In this document: in pieces, positions 11,338-20,306 of the stretch | Numbering within the stretch: position 1 is the first letter of the stretch | Layout: every line of letters starts with the position of its first letter | DNA from: Myxococcales bacterium | GTDB lineage: Bacteria > Myxococcota_A > Polyangia > Polyangiales > DASUME01 | Reading direction: 5' to 3' | NCBI GenBank assembly: GCA_047601445.1 | Contig: JASGJH010000001.1 | Location: 4,256,001-4,320,000 of the forward strand | Length of the DNA: 64,000 bases | Notes under the pieces: model-generated | What the model saw: only the letters and a program-made list of their open reading frames with translations | What the model was told of the DNA's origin: nothing | Database searches by the model: none | Made by a program: the position numbers and the translations under genes

Positions 11338-12681
11338 TCAGAATGCCAACGCTACCTGCGCCTGCAGGACGCGGAAGGTCCCTGGTCCGGTGCCCCGGAC
11401 AGTCGTTGCGTTCAGGTAGCTGGCTTTGATCGCGAGCTCGTCGAGCGGCCTCAGATTGAGACCGCCCTCGATGGTCACGACCCCAAGCTCGCCGGCAGGC
11501 CCTGGACTTTGGTTGTACTCGGTGAGCACGAAGGGCATGGTCCCTAACCAATGGAACCGATAGCCCCCGAGGAAGTAGCCCCCATAGTCCCAACTATCGT
11601 CCATGGGTGGTGGGGACATGGCACCGCCCGGCGGCGCCATGGGTCGCCCCTTATCGGTGTACTTGCGGCGTGAACCAAGCAGCTCGGTCTGCAGGTGCCA
11701 GCCGCGAAACTTCCACACCAGGTCCCCAGCCCAGCTGCCGAGGTGGAATTGGGAGCTGATCCGCTCGACGGCTGCCGGGAAGAGCCCATTCGAGGCAGGC
11801 TCGTAGATGCTGTCCGTGCTGAGTCCGTAGTATCCCGAAAGGCCGACGCGCAGCTCACCTCGAGCTCGCCTCCCCCACCATAGCCGCCCACCCACGGCCT
11901 TGTTCTCGTCGAGATCGCCATACTCGGAGATCGGCCCCGTTCCGTTGGAGAGAGTAAAATGATACCCAAGCTCGCTGCCCCCGGGAGTCTGCCAACGGCC
12001 CAACAGCTCGAGCCCAGTTTGGCGCTCGGGAAAGGAAAGCATGGTCACGAAGGGGCGCTGGACGGGTATGACGACAGGTGAGCCATGGTCGACATTCCAA
12101 ATGCCGAAGGGCGTGAGGTACTGCCCCAGACGCAAGGTCAACAGCGGGAAGATGTCCCAGTCGATGTAGATTCGCTCGATGACCACGCCTCCCCAGCGCA
12201 GGTCGCGCCCGAGCTGGTTGTAGTCTTGCACTGAGGTGCTTACACGCGTGCGGCCCAAGGGGTCCTGCGCCAGCGTTCCATTGGGGAGGTAGGTAAAGCG
12301 CACCTCGCCCAGCATCCGCAACGTGCGACTCAGCTCCTTCGCCAGGTACACGTTGAAGTTGCCGATGTAGAAGCTCGAATGGCCACCGTTGGACAGCAGC
12401 AGCCGTAGCGGACTCGACTGGGGAACGGCCAAATACGAGAAAGTGAAGTCCGTGAAGCCGCTGAGCTCAGGCGGACGCCGCAGGGGATTCTGCGTACGCG
12501 GAAACCCAAGTAGAGCGAGCTCTTCGGGTGACAACTGCTCCGACGTGGGGGAAGCGACCTTCGCGCCAGCGTCGGTGGGCTCCTGCGCCTCTGCTAACGC
12601 GCAACCCGGCGCGCAAAGAGCCGACAAGAGCAGCCACCGCAGGCCTCCCTTGCACTGCCCCCTCGAGCGGGTAAGGCGCAT
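11338..12681 (-). CDS. outer-membrane beta-barrel / porin-like protein
   Basis: Signal peptide, amphipathic strands, LGQYLTPFGIWNVDHGSP, NKAVGGR, C-terminal aromatic residue (QVALAF). Confidence 0.78.
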   Translation of the reverse strand: MRLTRSRGQCKGGLRWLLLSALCAPGCALAEAQEPTDAGAKVASPTSEQLSPEELALLGFPRTQNPLRRPPELSGFTDFTFSYLAVPQSSPLRLLLSNGGHSSFYIGNFNVYLAKELSRTLRMLGEVRFTYLPNGTLAQDPLGRTRVSTSVQDYNQLGRDLRWGGVVIERIYIDWDIFPLLTLRLGQYLTPFGIWNVDHGSPVVIPVQRPFVTMLSFPERQTGLELLGRWQTPGGSELGYHFTLSNGTGPISEYGDLDENKAVGGRLWWGRRARGELRVGLSGYYGLSTDSIYEPASNGLFPAAVERISSQFHLGSWAGDLVWKFRGWHLQTELLGSRRKYTDKGRPMAPPGGAMSPPPMDDSWDYGGYFLGGYRFHWLGTMPFVLTEYNQSPGPAGELGVVTIEGGLNLRPLDELAIKASYLNATTVRGTGPGTFRVLQAQVALAF

Positions 12682-12937
12682 TCGTGGAGGCCGACGGTAA
12701 GGTCATCGTGCGCCGGTGGCAACACCTGTTTGTTCCACCAAGCCGCGCCGTCGCTTGCTTGGCCCTGTTTGGTGCTGAGCCGCTCGCTCTTCGAAGGGCT
12801 CCTGAACGAGAACGCTCTCTTGCGCGCGTCACCGCACCTGTCGTCGCGGGGGGCAACCATGCCAGTGCGGATTCCAAGTTCCTTACGCAGGCGATCCGAC
12901 CGATCGATGCGGTAGCTTTTTCGGACGGAGGGGCAAG

Positions 12938-14695
12938 ATGCAGGCTGCGGCCACGATTCATCACACGAGTGCGACGCATAGCCCCGCGAGCAGGGATGAA
13001 AGATTCGACACGACCGAGCCTACCGACCGCGATGCGCCGCGCGTGCCGACCATCCTGCTCGCCGACGACGACCCCTCCGTGGTGGAGGCCCTACGCGAAG
13101 ACTTGGAGTCCATGCACTATGGGATCCGAGTAGCCTATAGCGGACGCGAATGCTTGGCCGAGCTGGGAGCGGGCGGCATCGATCTGGTGCTGCTCGACTT
13201 GATGATGCCAGAAGTCTCCGGGTTCCAAGTCCTGCAGTCGCTCTCGGCCAGCACGCCCTTGCGCAACCTACCCGTCGTGGTGTTGTCCGCACGCGGCAAC
13301 GATGCCGCCCGTGCCTTGAAGGCGGGCGCCGTGGATTACGTGACGAAGCCGTGGGAACCCGAGGAGCTGCTCATGCGCGTGGGGACGCACCTCAGGCTGC
13401 GCGAGCGCGAGCAGGAGCTCGCCTTGGCCGTCACACGCCTCGACCAGCGCAAGCGCGAACTGGAGAATGAAATCGTAGAGCGCAAGCGTGCCGAGGCACG
13501 ACTGGCCATGGCGAGTCGCATGTCCTCGGTCGGAGTCGTCGCCGCCGGCGTCGCCCACGAGATCAACAATCCCTTGACCTACCTAATAGGGAACTTGGAT
13601 CTCGCGCACGAGCAGCTGAATCTCCCTGCCATTCAGAAGCTCCAGATGGGTTCCGCTCCGGTTCTTCGGATGGTGGACCAAGCGCGCGAAGGCGCGGAAC
13701 GGGTTCGCCTGATCGTCCGGGACCTCAAGGCTTTTTCACGGCCCGATTCGGAAGAGCTGGAGTCCGTCAATGTCGTGGAGGTACTGGAGTCAGTGCTGCG
13801 CTTTGCCGGTCACGAGATCAAGCACCGGGCCAAGATCGAGTGGGACAGGCGGCCGACCCCCCGCGTGGTCGGAAACGCTTCGCGCCTGAGCCAAGTTCTC
13901 CTGAACATCGTGGCCAACGCTGCCCAGGCGATGGAACACGGTTCGCCAGACCGCGACGTGCTACGGGTGGAGACCTGCCTCGTTTCGATGGATTCCCAGC
14001 CAGCCGTCGAAGCGGACGTGTCCGCCCGCGCGCAGTGTTCTGACGACATGCTCGAGATCCGACTGCGAGACTCGGGCTCGGGCATGGATGCCTACACCGC
14101 TGCCCATGCATTCGACCTGTTCTATACCACCAAGACCAAGGGCACCGGCACGGGTCTCGGGCTGGCGCTGTGCCGCAAGATCGTCGAAGGATTTGGTGGA
14201 CGCATCGCGCTCCGGAGCGAGCGCGGCAAGGGAACGGAAGTGACCGTGACTCTGCGCGTGAGCCATGAACGGGACGTCGCCCCGGGAGCTACTCGTGCGG
14301 CGCCTGCGGCACCCACCTCGGAGATGCAAAAGGGGCACCTGCTGGTCATCGACGACGAGCCCGAGATCGGCGCTTTGATCATGACCTTTCTTGCCCGCCA
14401 CTACCACGTGCAAGTCGTCCATGAATCGACGGCGGCACTCAGTCTCCTCCGCTCCGGCCACCACTTCGATCTCGTGCTCTGCGATCTGATGATGACAGGC
14501 GTCAATGGCATCGATCTCTATGAGACCGTGCGACGGGAGCTCGTTGGTGGAGGCCCACCATTCGTGTTCATGACGGGAGGTCCATGCACCCAGCGAGCCG
14601 CTGCTTTCGTCAAACAGCACAAGAGCCGGGTGCTGGAGAAGCCCTTCTCACCGACTCGGCTCACGGAGACACTCGAAGCCGCGAGGAGTCACTGA
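12938..14695 (+). CDS. cytoplasmic hybrid sensor histidine kinase (REC-HisKA-HATPase-REC)
   Basis: ADDD/LLDLMMP/KPW receiver; AHEINNPL H-box; NIVANA, DSGSGM, GTGLGL; C-terminal receiver LCDLMM; GGAGG RBS. Confidence 0.92.
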   Translation: MQAAATIHHTSATHSPASRDERFDTTEPTDRDAPRVPTILLADDDPSVVEALREDLESMHYGIRVAYSGRECLAELGAGGIDLVLLDLMMPEVSGFQVLQSLSASTPLRNLPVVVLSARGNDAARALKAGAVDYVTKPWEPEELLMRVGTHLRLREREQELALAVTRLDQRKRELENEIVERKRAEARLAMASRMSSVGVVAAGVAHEINNPLTYLIGNLDLAHEQLNLPAIQKLQMGSAPVLRMVDQAREGAERVRLIVRDLKAFSRPDSEELESVNVVEVLESVLRFAGHEIKHRAKIEWDRRPTPRVVGNASRLSQVLLNIVANAAQAMEHGSPDRDVLRVETCLVSMDSQPAVEADVSARAQCSDDMLEIRLRDSGSGMDAYTAAHAFDLFYTTKTKGTGTGLGLALCRKIVEGFGGRIALRSERGKGTEVTVTLRVSHERDVAPGATRAAPAAPTSEMQKGHLLVIDDEPEIGALIMTFLARHYHVQVVHESTAALSLLRSGHHFDLVLCDLMMTGVNGIDLYETVRRELVGGGPPFVFMTGGPCTQRAAAFVKQHKSRVLEKPFSPTRLTETLEAARSH

Positions 14696-17233
14696 GTGCA
14701 CCTGCGCCGCCGCAAGCCTGGTGCCCAGGATGGCCAAGCGCTCTCACCACAAGTCCGGGGGGTGATCGCCACTGGCGTGCAGATTCGCCTGGCGATCGCC
14801 GCGATCACGATGAGCCTCGTGCTGATCTTGTCGGTGATGACCGTGTTCTCCATCGATCGGGTCTTCAACTGGTTGACGCCAATCGCCGAGCAGGACCTAC
14901 GTTGGAAGGCCGAGCGTGGACTGGTCGAGCTCCGTCGAGGTGCCGAAGTTGGGCTACTGCTGCGCGACCAGGGCCTATTGCGTGCAGCGGTGCACTCCTA
15001 CGCCCTCGATCCAGACGTCGAGGCCATCGCGGTCGAGGACCGCGCTGGCATCCAGGTTTACCGGCATGCGAAGCGTCCCTTCTCCTCCGATGCACTGTTC
15101 GCGGGGTCCTCGAACATCGTACACAGCGAGCCGGGCCGCTTGCGCTCGTGGTCGCCGATCGCGATCGAAGGGAGGACGATCGGCCGATTGGGGCTCGCCA
15201 TCTCGACGAACCGAGTGTCTGCAGGTGCCACGTTGCGTAGCCGGGTGATTTGGTCTGCGCTCGGTGTAGGCATGCTCGCGGCATTGCTTTCATTCGTGAC
15301 CGTGCGGAGCTACGTCGCGCCCCTCCTAAACGTAACCCGGAAAGCCTTCGTGGACCTCGAGCAGCGCACGAGTGAGGCGCTGGCAGCTGACCGAGCCAAG
15401 AGTCGATTCCTCGCCAACGTGAGTCACGAGCTTCGCACCCCTCTGAATGGCGTGCTCGGGATGACCCGCCTCCTCCTGCAGGGTGAGCTATCAAGCGGCC
15501 AGCGCCGACGAGGCGAGATCATCCTTCAGGCCTCGGAGAACTTGCTCGTGCTCATCAACGACCTGTTGGATGCCACGGTCGCCGAGGCAGGCCATCTGCG
15601 CCTTTCGCCCGCCCCTTGCGAGCTGCGACGCCGCGTGCAGGAACGGGCCGAATTGCTGGCGACCGGCGCGCGAAGCAACGCGCTCGACATTGCTTGCAAC
15701 ATCGCCGACGAGGTCCCCTCCGTGGTGGTCATGGATGGCGAGCGCTTCGAGCAGGTCCTGAACAATGTGCTCGGAAACGCCATCAAGTTCACCACGCGAG
15801 GTGATGTCGAAGTATCGCTGCGACTCGTCGACCCGGCGGTACCAGGACCTCAGCCCCGCCTCCACGTAGAGGTGAGCGACATGGGTCCAGGCATCGCGGA
15901 AGCAGATCAACCGAAGTTGTTTCGAGCTTTCTCCCAACTCGACACGTCTGCTTCGCGACGGCACGAGGGAACCGGGCTCGGGCTCGCCATTTCAAGGCAT
16001 CTATTGGAGTGCATGGGCGGTGAGATTGGCCTGCGCAGCGAGCCCGGGAAGGGAGCGTGCTTCTGGTTCGCGCTCCCCTGCGAGGTCTTGACTCCCGCGC
16101 CACCACCGCTGCACGGCCCTCACAGGCTTCGGGTGCTGGTCGCCGACGAAAGTGCGATGTACCGCCGCCTCGTTGGCGCCTGGTGCTCGAATTGGGGAAT
16201 GGACGTGCAGATCGTGGAGGCTGCGACCGACATTCTGCCTCTCCTTCATTCATCTCGAGCCGGTGGCAATCCTGTCTCCGTGTTGATCATTGACGCCCGC
16301 ATGGTGCGTGCGCAAGGCCCGGCGCTGCTGCAGTCCCTGGCGACCTCTCTTGCTCAGAGCTTGCATGTAATCTGCCTCGCGTCGCCGCTCGATGACGTAC
16401 CCAAGCTGCCGGATGCGTTGAGTGCCAGAGTGCTGATGAAGCCCGTGCGCCCGGAAGCCCTGTTTGCCTTGGTCACGGGCCAGGCAACCGAGCGTGTTGG
16501 CCCCCCGCCTCGGTCTCCAAGCGCAGCCCCAAAGGGCGGCAGGGTTCTGGTAGTCGACGACCACGACGTCAGCCGAGAGGTCGCTGCAGAGGTGGTGCGT
16601 GGCCTGGGCTACACGTGCGATACCGCCGAAAGCGGCAAGCAAGCCCTCGAAGCCGTGGCTCGGCTAACCTATGACATGGTCTTGATGGACTGCCAGATGC
16701 CGGAGATGACCGGCTACGAAGCGACTCGCGCGATCCGCAGGTTGCCGCAATCCGAGACAGCCTCCATCCCGATTTTGGCCCTCACGGCCCACGCGCTCCC
16801 CGAAGAGGAAACCCGGGTGCGTAAGGCGGGGATGAACGGACTGCTCACCAAACCCCTGTCACCGGAACGCCTAGAAGACGCTTTGAAGCGGCATGTGACA
16901 CCCCCCCCAGCGACCCGCGAGGTTCCTTCCCCACGGCCACGGCGCTCGGCCCGCGTGCTCGAGCTGTTTTTGCGCCCAGTTCCGGATCAGCTCCAGCGGC
17001 TCCACGTCGCCATCGAGCGTGGCGCGCTGTCGGATGCAGCCCAGGAGGCGCACCGCCTGAAAGGCGGCTCCGCGAATGTCGGGGCGATGGAATTCTCGGC
17101 TCTTGCGGCCACCCTGGAGGACGCCTGCAACCGCGGCAGCGCCGACGACGCAGACGCATTCGCGCAACACCTCGACCGCGCGTTCCCTGCACTGAAAGCC
17201 CAGATCGAGCAGGAGATCGCGGACCGCGCCTAA
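14696..17233 (+). CDS. membrane hybrid histidine kinase (TM-periplasmic-TM, HisKA, HATPase, 2xREC, Hpt)
   Basis: SHELRTPLNG, GNAIKFT, GTGLGL, LMDCQMP, Hpt AHRLKGGSANVGA. Confidence 0.92.
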   Translation: MHLRRRKPGAQDGQALSPQVRGVIATGVQIRLAIAAITMSLVLILSVMTVFSIDRVFNWLTPIAEQDLRWKAERGLVELRRGAEVGLLLRDQGLLRAAVHSYALDPDVEAIAVEDRAGIQVYRHAKRPFSSDALFAGSSNIVHSEPGRLRSWSPIAIEGRTIGRLGLAISTNRVSAGATLRSRVIWSALGVGMLAALLSFVTVRSYVAPLLNVTRKAFVDLEQRTSEALAADRAKSRFLANVSHELRTPLNGVLGMTRLLLQGELSSGQRRRGEIILQASENLLVLINDLLDATVAEAGHLRLSPAPCELRRRVQERAELLATGARSNALDIACNIADEVPSVVVMDGERFEQVLNNVLGNAIKFTTRGDVEVSLRLVDPAVPGPQPRLHVEVSDMGPGIAEADQPKLFRAFSQLDTSASRRHEGTGLGLAISRHLLECMGGEIGLRSEPGKGACFWFALPCEVLTPAPPPLHGPHRLRVLVADESAMYRRLVGAWCSNWGMDVQIVEAATDILPLLHSSRAGGNPVSVLIIDARMVRAQGPALLQSLATSLAQSLHVICLASPLDDVPKLPDALSARVLMKPVRPEALFALVTGQATERVGPPPRSPSAAPKGGRVLVVDDHDVSREVAAEVVRGLGYTCDTAESGKQALEAVARLTYDMVLMDCQMPEMTGYEATRAIRRLPQSETASIPILALTAHALPEEETRVRKAGMNGLLTKPLSPERLEDALKRHVTPPPATREVPSPRPRRSARVLELFLRPVPDQLQRLHVAIERGALSDAAQEAHRLKGGSANVGAMEFSALAATLEDACNRGSADDADAFAQHLDRAFPALKAQIEQEIADRA

Positions 17234-17259
17234 ATTCGTGAGCGGTAGGCGACTCATCA

Positions 17260-18627
17260 TTAGGCATGTTGCTGGTCATGAGTCGGAAAGGAAAGGCTCA
17301 CTCGGGTCCCCTGCCCCAACGCACTTTCGACCGACAGCGTCCCTTCGTGTGCCTCCACGATTCGCTTGGCCATCGACAGCCCGAGACCCAAGCCGCCGCT
17401 GCGCCGGCTTCGACTCCTGTCGGTGCGGAAGAAAGGGGTCGCCAGGTACGGGAGGTCTGCGGCGGCGATCCCGATTCCTCGGTCTTGCACGGCGATCGTG
17501 AGGAGTGCATCCGAGTGACGCGCAGTGAGCTCCACCGCTGAGTCCGAGTCGGAATAGGCATGCGCATTTTCGAGCAGGTTCTCCAATACCCGTCGCAAGA
17601 GCATGGCGTTGCCCGTCATGACTGGCAGCTCTGGCTCGCAATGGAACTCCAGCGTGCGCTCGGGATGCGATGCTCGGAATCTGCTGGCTGCCTTTGCGAG
17701 TAGCTGTTCCATCTCGATCTGCTCGCCGCGGAAGCGGACCAACCCTTCTCCTGCCTTTCCGAGTGCGAGATCGAGCCGTGCAGTATGGAGGACATCAGTC
17801 ACGAGTTGCTCGAGTTCCCCGAGATCCTCCGCGATCGCGGAGAGCGACTCCCGCGCCATGCTCGCGTCTCCCTCGTCTGCGAGATCGAGCGCCACCCGAA
17901 TACGGGCCATGGGCGTGCGCAGTTCGTGGGAGACATTGGCGATGAGCTCCTGTTGCGCGCGGAGCAGCTTGGCCACGCGCTCGGCCATTTCGTCGAAGGT
18001 GTTGGCGAGTTCGCCGAACTCGTCGTTGCGACGTAGCCCTACCCTGACGTTCAGGTCACCCGCGCCGAGCTTGCGCGCGGCCAGCGCCAACGCCGCAAGG
18101 GGCGCCGCGAACGAGCGCGCCAGGATGATCGAGGCAACCGCGGTCGCGATCATGGACCCGCCGAAAGCCCAAAGAAAAGCGCTTTGGAGCGGCGGGGGTG
18201 GATTGGGAAGGTAAAGCGCGTAGCCATCAACTTGCCCTTGCGTGCCGAGGGGAACCGCCACCCGCGGTGGTACGCCATCCTCGAGGTACGATGACTGCAC
18301 GCGAAGCTTGGCCAACTGTGTCGGAGCCAGGGGCGCGAGAGGCGGCTGCACATTGGAGGTGATCAAGCGCCCCTCGAAGTCGTAGACACTGACCGCCCCT
18401 CCGAGGACGCCCTTCACCCTCGCGAGCTCCCTTCCGAGCGCGTCGGGTTCGTGTAGGCGCTCCGAGATTCCCTGCACCGCGAAGAGCGCCTCACGACTGA
18501 CGATGCCGCGCGCGTGCGGGTGGACGGACTGGGAGAACGCCAAGATCAAACAGCCGAGGATCGCCACAAGCAGCGCGAGACTAAGCCCGTAGATCCGAAA
18601 GGTCAGGCGACTCAGCCGCGGCACCAT
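17260..18627 (-). CDS. HAMP-domain sensor histidine kinase
   Basis: Two TM segments, HAMP (DEFGELANTFDEMA), SHELRTPM, NLLENA, DRGIGI, GLGLGL. Confidence 0.92.
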   Translation of the reverse strand: MVPRLSRLTFRIYGLSLALLVAILGCLILAFSQSVHPHARGIVSREALFAVQGISERLHEPDALGRELARVKGVLGGAVSVYDFEGRLITSNVQPPLAPLAPTQLAKLRVQSSYLEDGVPPRVAVPLGTQGQVDGYALYLPNPPPPLQSAFLWAFGGSMIATAVASIILARSFAAPLAALALAARKLGAGDLNVRVGLRRNDEFGELANTFDEMAERVAKLLRAQQELIANVSHELRTPMARIRVALDLADEGDASMARESLSAIAEDLGELEQLVTDVLHTARLDLALGKAGEGLVRFRGEQIEMEQLLAKAASRFRASHPERTLEFHCEPELPVMTGNAMLLRRVLENLLENAHAYSDSDSAVELTARHSDALLTIAVQDRGIGIAAADLPYLATPFFRTDRSRSRRSGGLGLGLSMAKRIVEAHEGTLSVESALGQGTRVSLSFPTHDQQHA

Positions 18628-18631
18628 GGCT

Positions 18632-19330
18632 CTATCCTTCGTCGAACTGGGAGTCGCCCGCCAACATGTAGCCCGATCCTCTCACGGTCTTCAGCAGCCG
18701 CGGACGCCGCGAGTCATCGCCGAGCTTCTGGCGCAGGCGTGAGATCTGCACGTCGATGGAGCGATCGAAGGCGTCCTCTGCGTCTCCCTTCGCAAGGTAG
18801 AGCAGTCGCTCACGCCCCAGCACACGGCCTGCATGTTCGGCGAGTGCACGCAGCAGTGCGAACTCGTATGCAGTAAGGGCTAACGGACGGCCATCGAGGC
18901 TGGCACGAAGCGCCTGTGGGTCGATCAAGAGCCCACCGACACGCAGCACTTCATTGGCTGGTCCGGCCTTACCCCGAGCACGCCGCACGTGGGCCCGTAT
19001 GCGCGCGACGAGCTCACGTGACGAGAACGGCTTGGCGACGTAGTCGTCTGCGCCGAGCTCCAGCCCCATCACACGGTCCGCCTCTTCGTCGCGGGCCGTC
19101 AGAATCACGATGGGAACATCCGTGCGTGCGCGCAGCTCCTTGCACACCGAAAGACCGTCGAGACTCGGCAGCGAGAGGTCGAGCAACACGACATCGGGAC
19201 GCTCTCGGAGCGCCTCCTTCAAGCCCTGCTTGCCGTCGGGGACCCAGGTGACCTGAACCCCATGGCTCTCCAGGTAACGTGAAGTGAGCTGCGCTAAGCG
19301 CTCGTCGTCCTCGATGAACAGCACTCTCAT
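18632..19330 (-). CDS. OmpR/PhoB-family response regulator
   Basis: IEDD, LLDLSLP, GADDYVAKPF, winged helix DRSIDVQISRLRQKL...KTVRGSGY. Confidence 0.95.
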   Translation of the reverse strand: MRVLFIEDDERLAQLTSRYLESHGVQVTWVPDGKQGLKEALRERPDVVLLDLSLPSLDGLSVCKELRARTDVPIVILTARDEEADRVMGLELGADDYVAKPFSSRELVARIRAHVRRARGKAGPANEVLRVGGLLIDPQALRASLDGRPLALTAYEFALLRALAEHAGRVLGRERLLYLAKGDAEDAFDRSIDVQISRLRQKLGDDSRRPRLLKTVRGSGYMLAGDSQFDEG

Positions 19331-19514
19331 GACCAACCCTTCGAATAGTCCGCAGCTAGAGCCTGCACCTCCACAGAAGCAGCGCTCGTCTCACCATCGA
19401 CGGCAGTGATCGACGTTACTAGCCGGATTCGCTGCAGCTTCTTCATGTTGCCCAACTGTGTCGAAATGTGAACTCGCGAAGATCCGCCTCCCGAGCTCTA
19501 TACCATTTCTGAGC

Positions 19515-20306
19515 ATGCTGAATCAGGGGAGAGTCGACCAGGCGGGCCGCGTACTGGTGATCGACGACGACGAGATCGCGCTCGAGAGCATCCGCGATGT
19601 GCTCGCAGAAGCAGGCTTCCAGGTGCATTGCCTGACGTCTCCAATCGGAGCCACACAGGTGATCGTGAGCCACGGGATCGACGCGGTGGTGGTGGACCTG
19701 AACATGCCCGTCCTACGCGGAGACCGCTTCATTTCCCTGCTGCGAAGCTGGGAACGCATCCGCGACCTGCCCACGATCCTGCTTTCAGGAGCGTCCACCG
19801 AAACGTTGGAGAAGCTGGCCCAGCAGATGCCCGGCGTGCAAACGGTGACCAAGGAGAGCATGCGGCGTCTGCTGCCCCTGGCACTGCGACGAAGCATGGC
19901 CCGGGAGAGGGCGCATCCGACGTCGCTGCGCCGCGCAACGGATCTGAGCTCCGTGGAGAAGGGTGCGCTCGCGAGCGCTGCGCAAGCCAGCCTGAAAGTT
20001 CTGCTCGAAGGAGCCGCCGGACGCGAGATCCAGTGGGAGTCGTTGCTCCATACGCTGAAACTCCTGCGAGACCACGCGCAGCAGGTGGGGACGGCGCAGC
20101 TGGTCAAGCTGACCGCCAAGCTCGTTGAGGTCGGCGAACGCTGTGCCGATCGCCGGAACTTGGTGCCTGACGCACGTCTCGCGCTGCGCGGCGCCCTCGA
20201 CTTCCTCACCTGCTTGGAGGGCTCGAACGCCGGACCCCGGCTGCCCCAGATGGCGGCCGTGCATCTCTCACGCCTCGAGCGCGTCCTGGAGGACCTTTCC
20301 AAGTGA
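19515..20306 (+). CDS. response regulator with C-terminal helical (Hpt-like) domain
   Basis: VIDDD, VVDLNMP receiver; C-terminal LLHTLKLLRDHAQQVG resembles a Hpt helix; GTGA overlap with the next kinase. Confidence 0.78.
   Translation: MLNQGRVDQAGRVLVIDDDEIALESIRDVLAEAGFQVHCLTSPIGATQVIVSHGIDAVVVDLNMPVLRGDRFISLLRSWERIRDLPTILLSGASTETLEKLAQQMPGVQTVTKESMRRLLPLALRRSMARERAHPTSLRRATDLSSVEKGALASAAQASLKVLLEGAAGREIQWESLLHTLKLLRDHAQQVGTAQLVKLTAKLVEVGERCADRRNLVPDARLALRGALDFLTCLEGSNAGPRLPQMAAVHLSRLERVLEDLSK

Noticed and set aside
10833..12681. Phosphate uptake (pst) operon
   Set aside because: No PstC/PstA/PstB genes, and the PBP-like proteins are about half the size of PstS.
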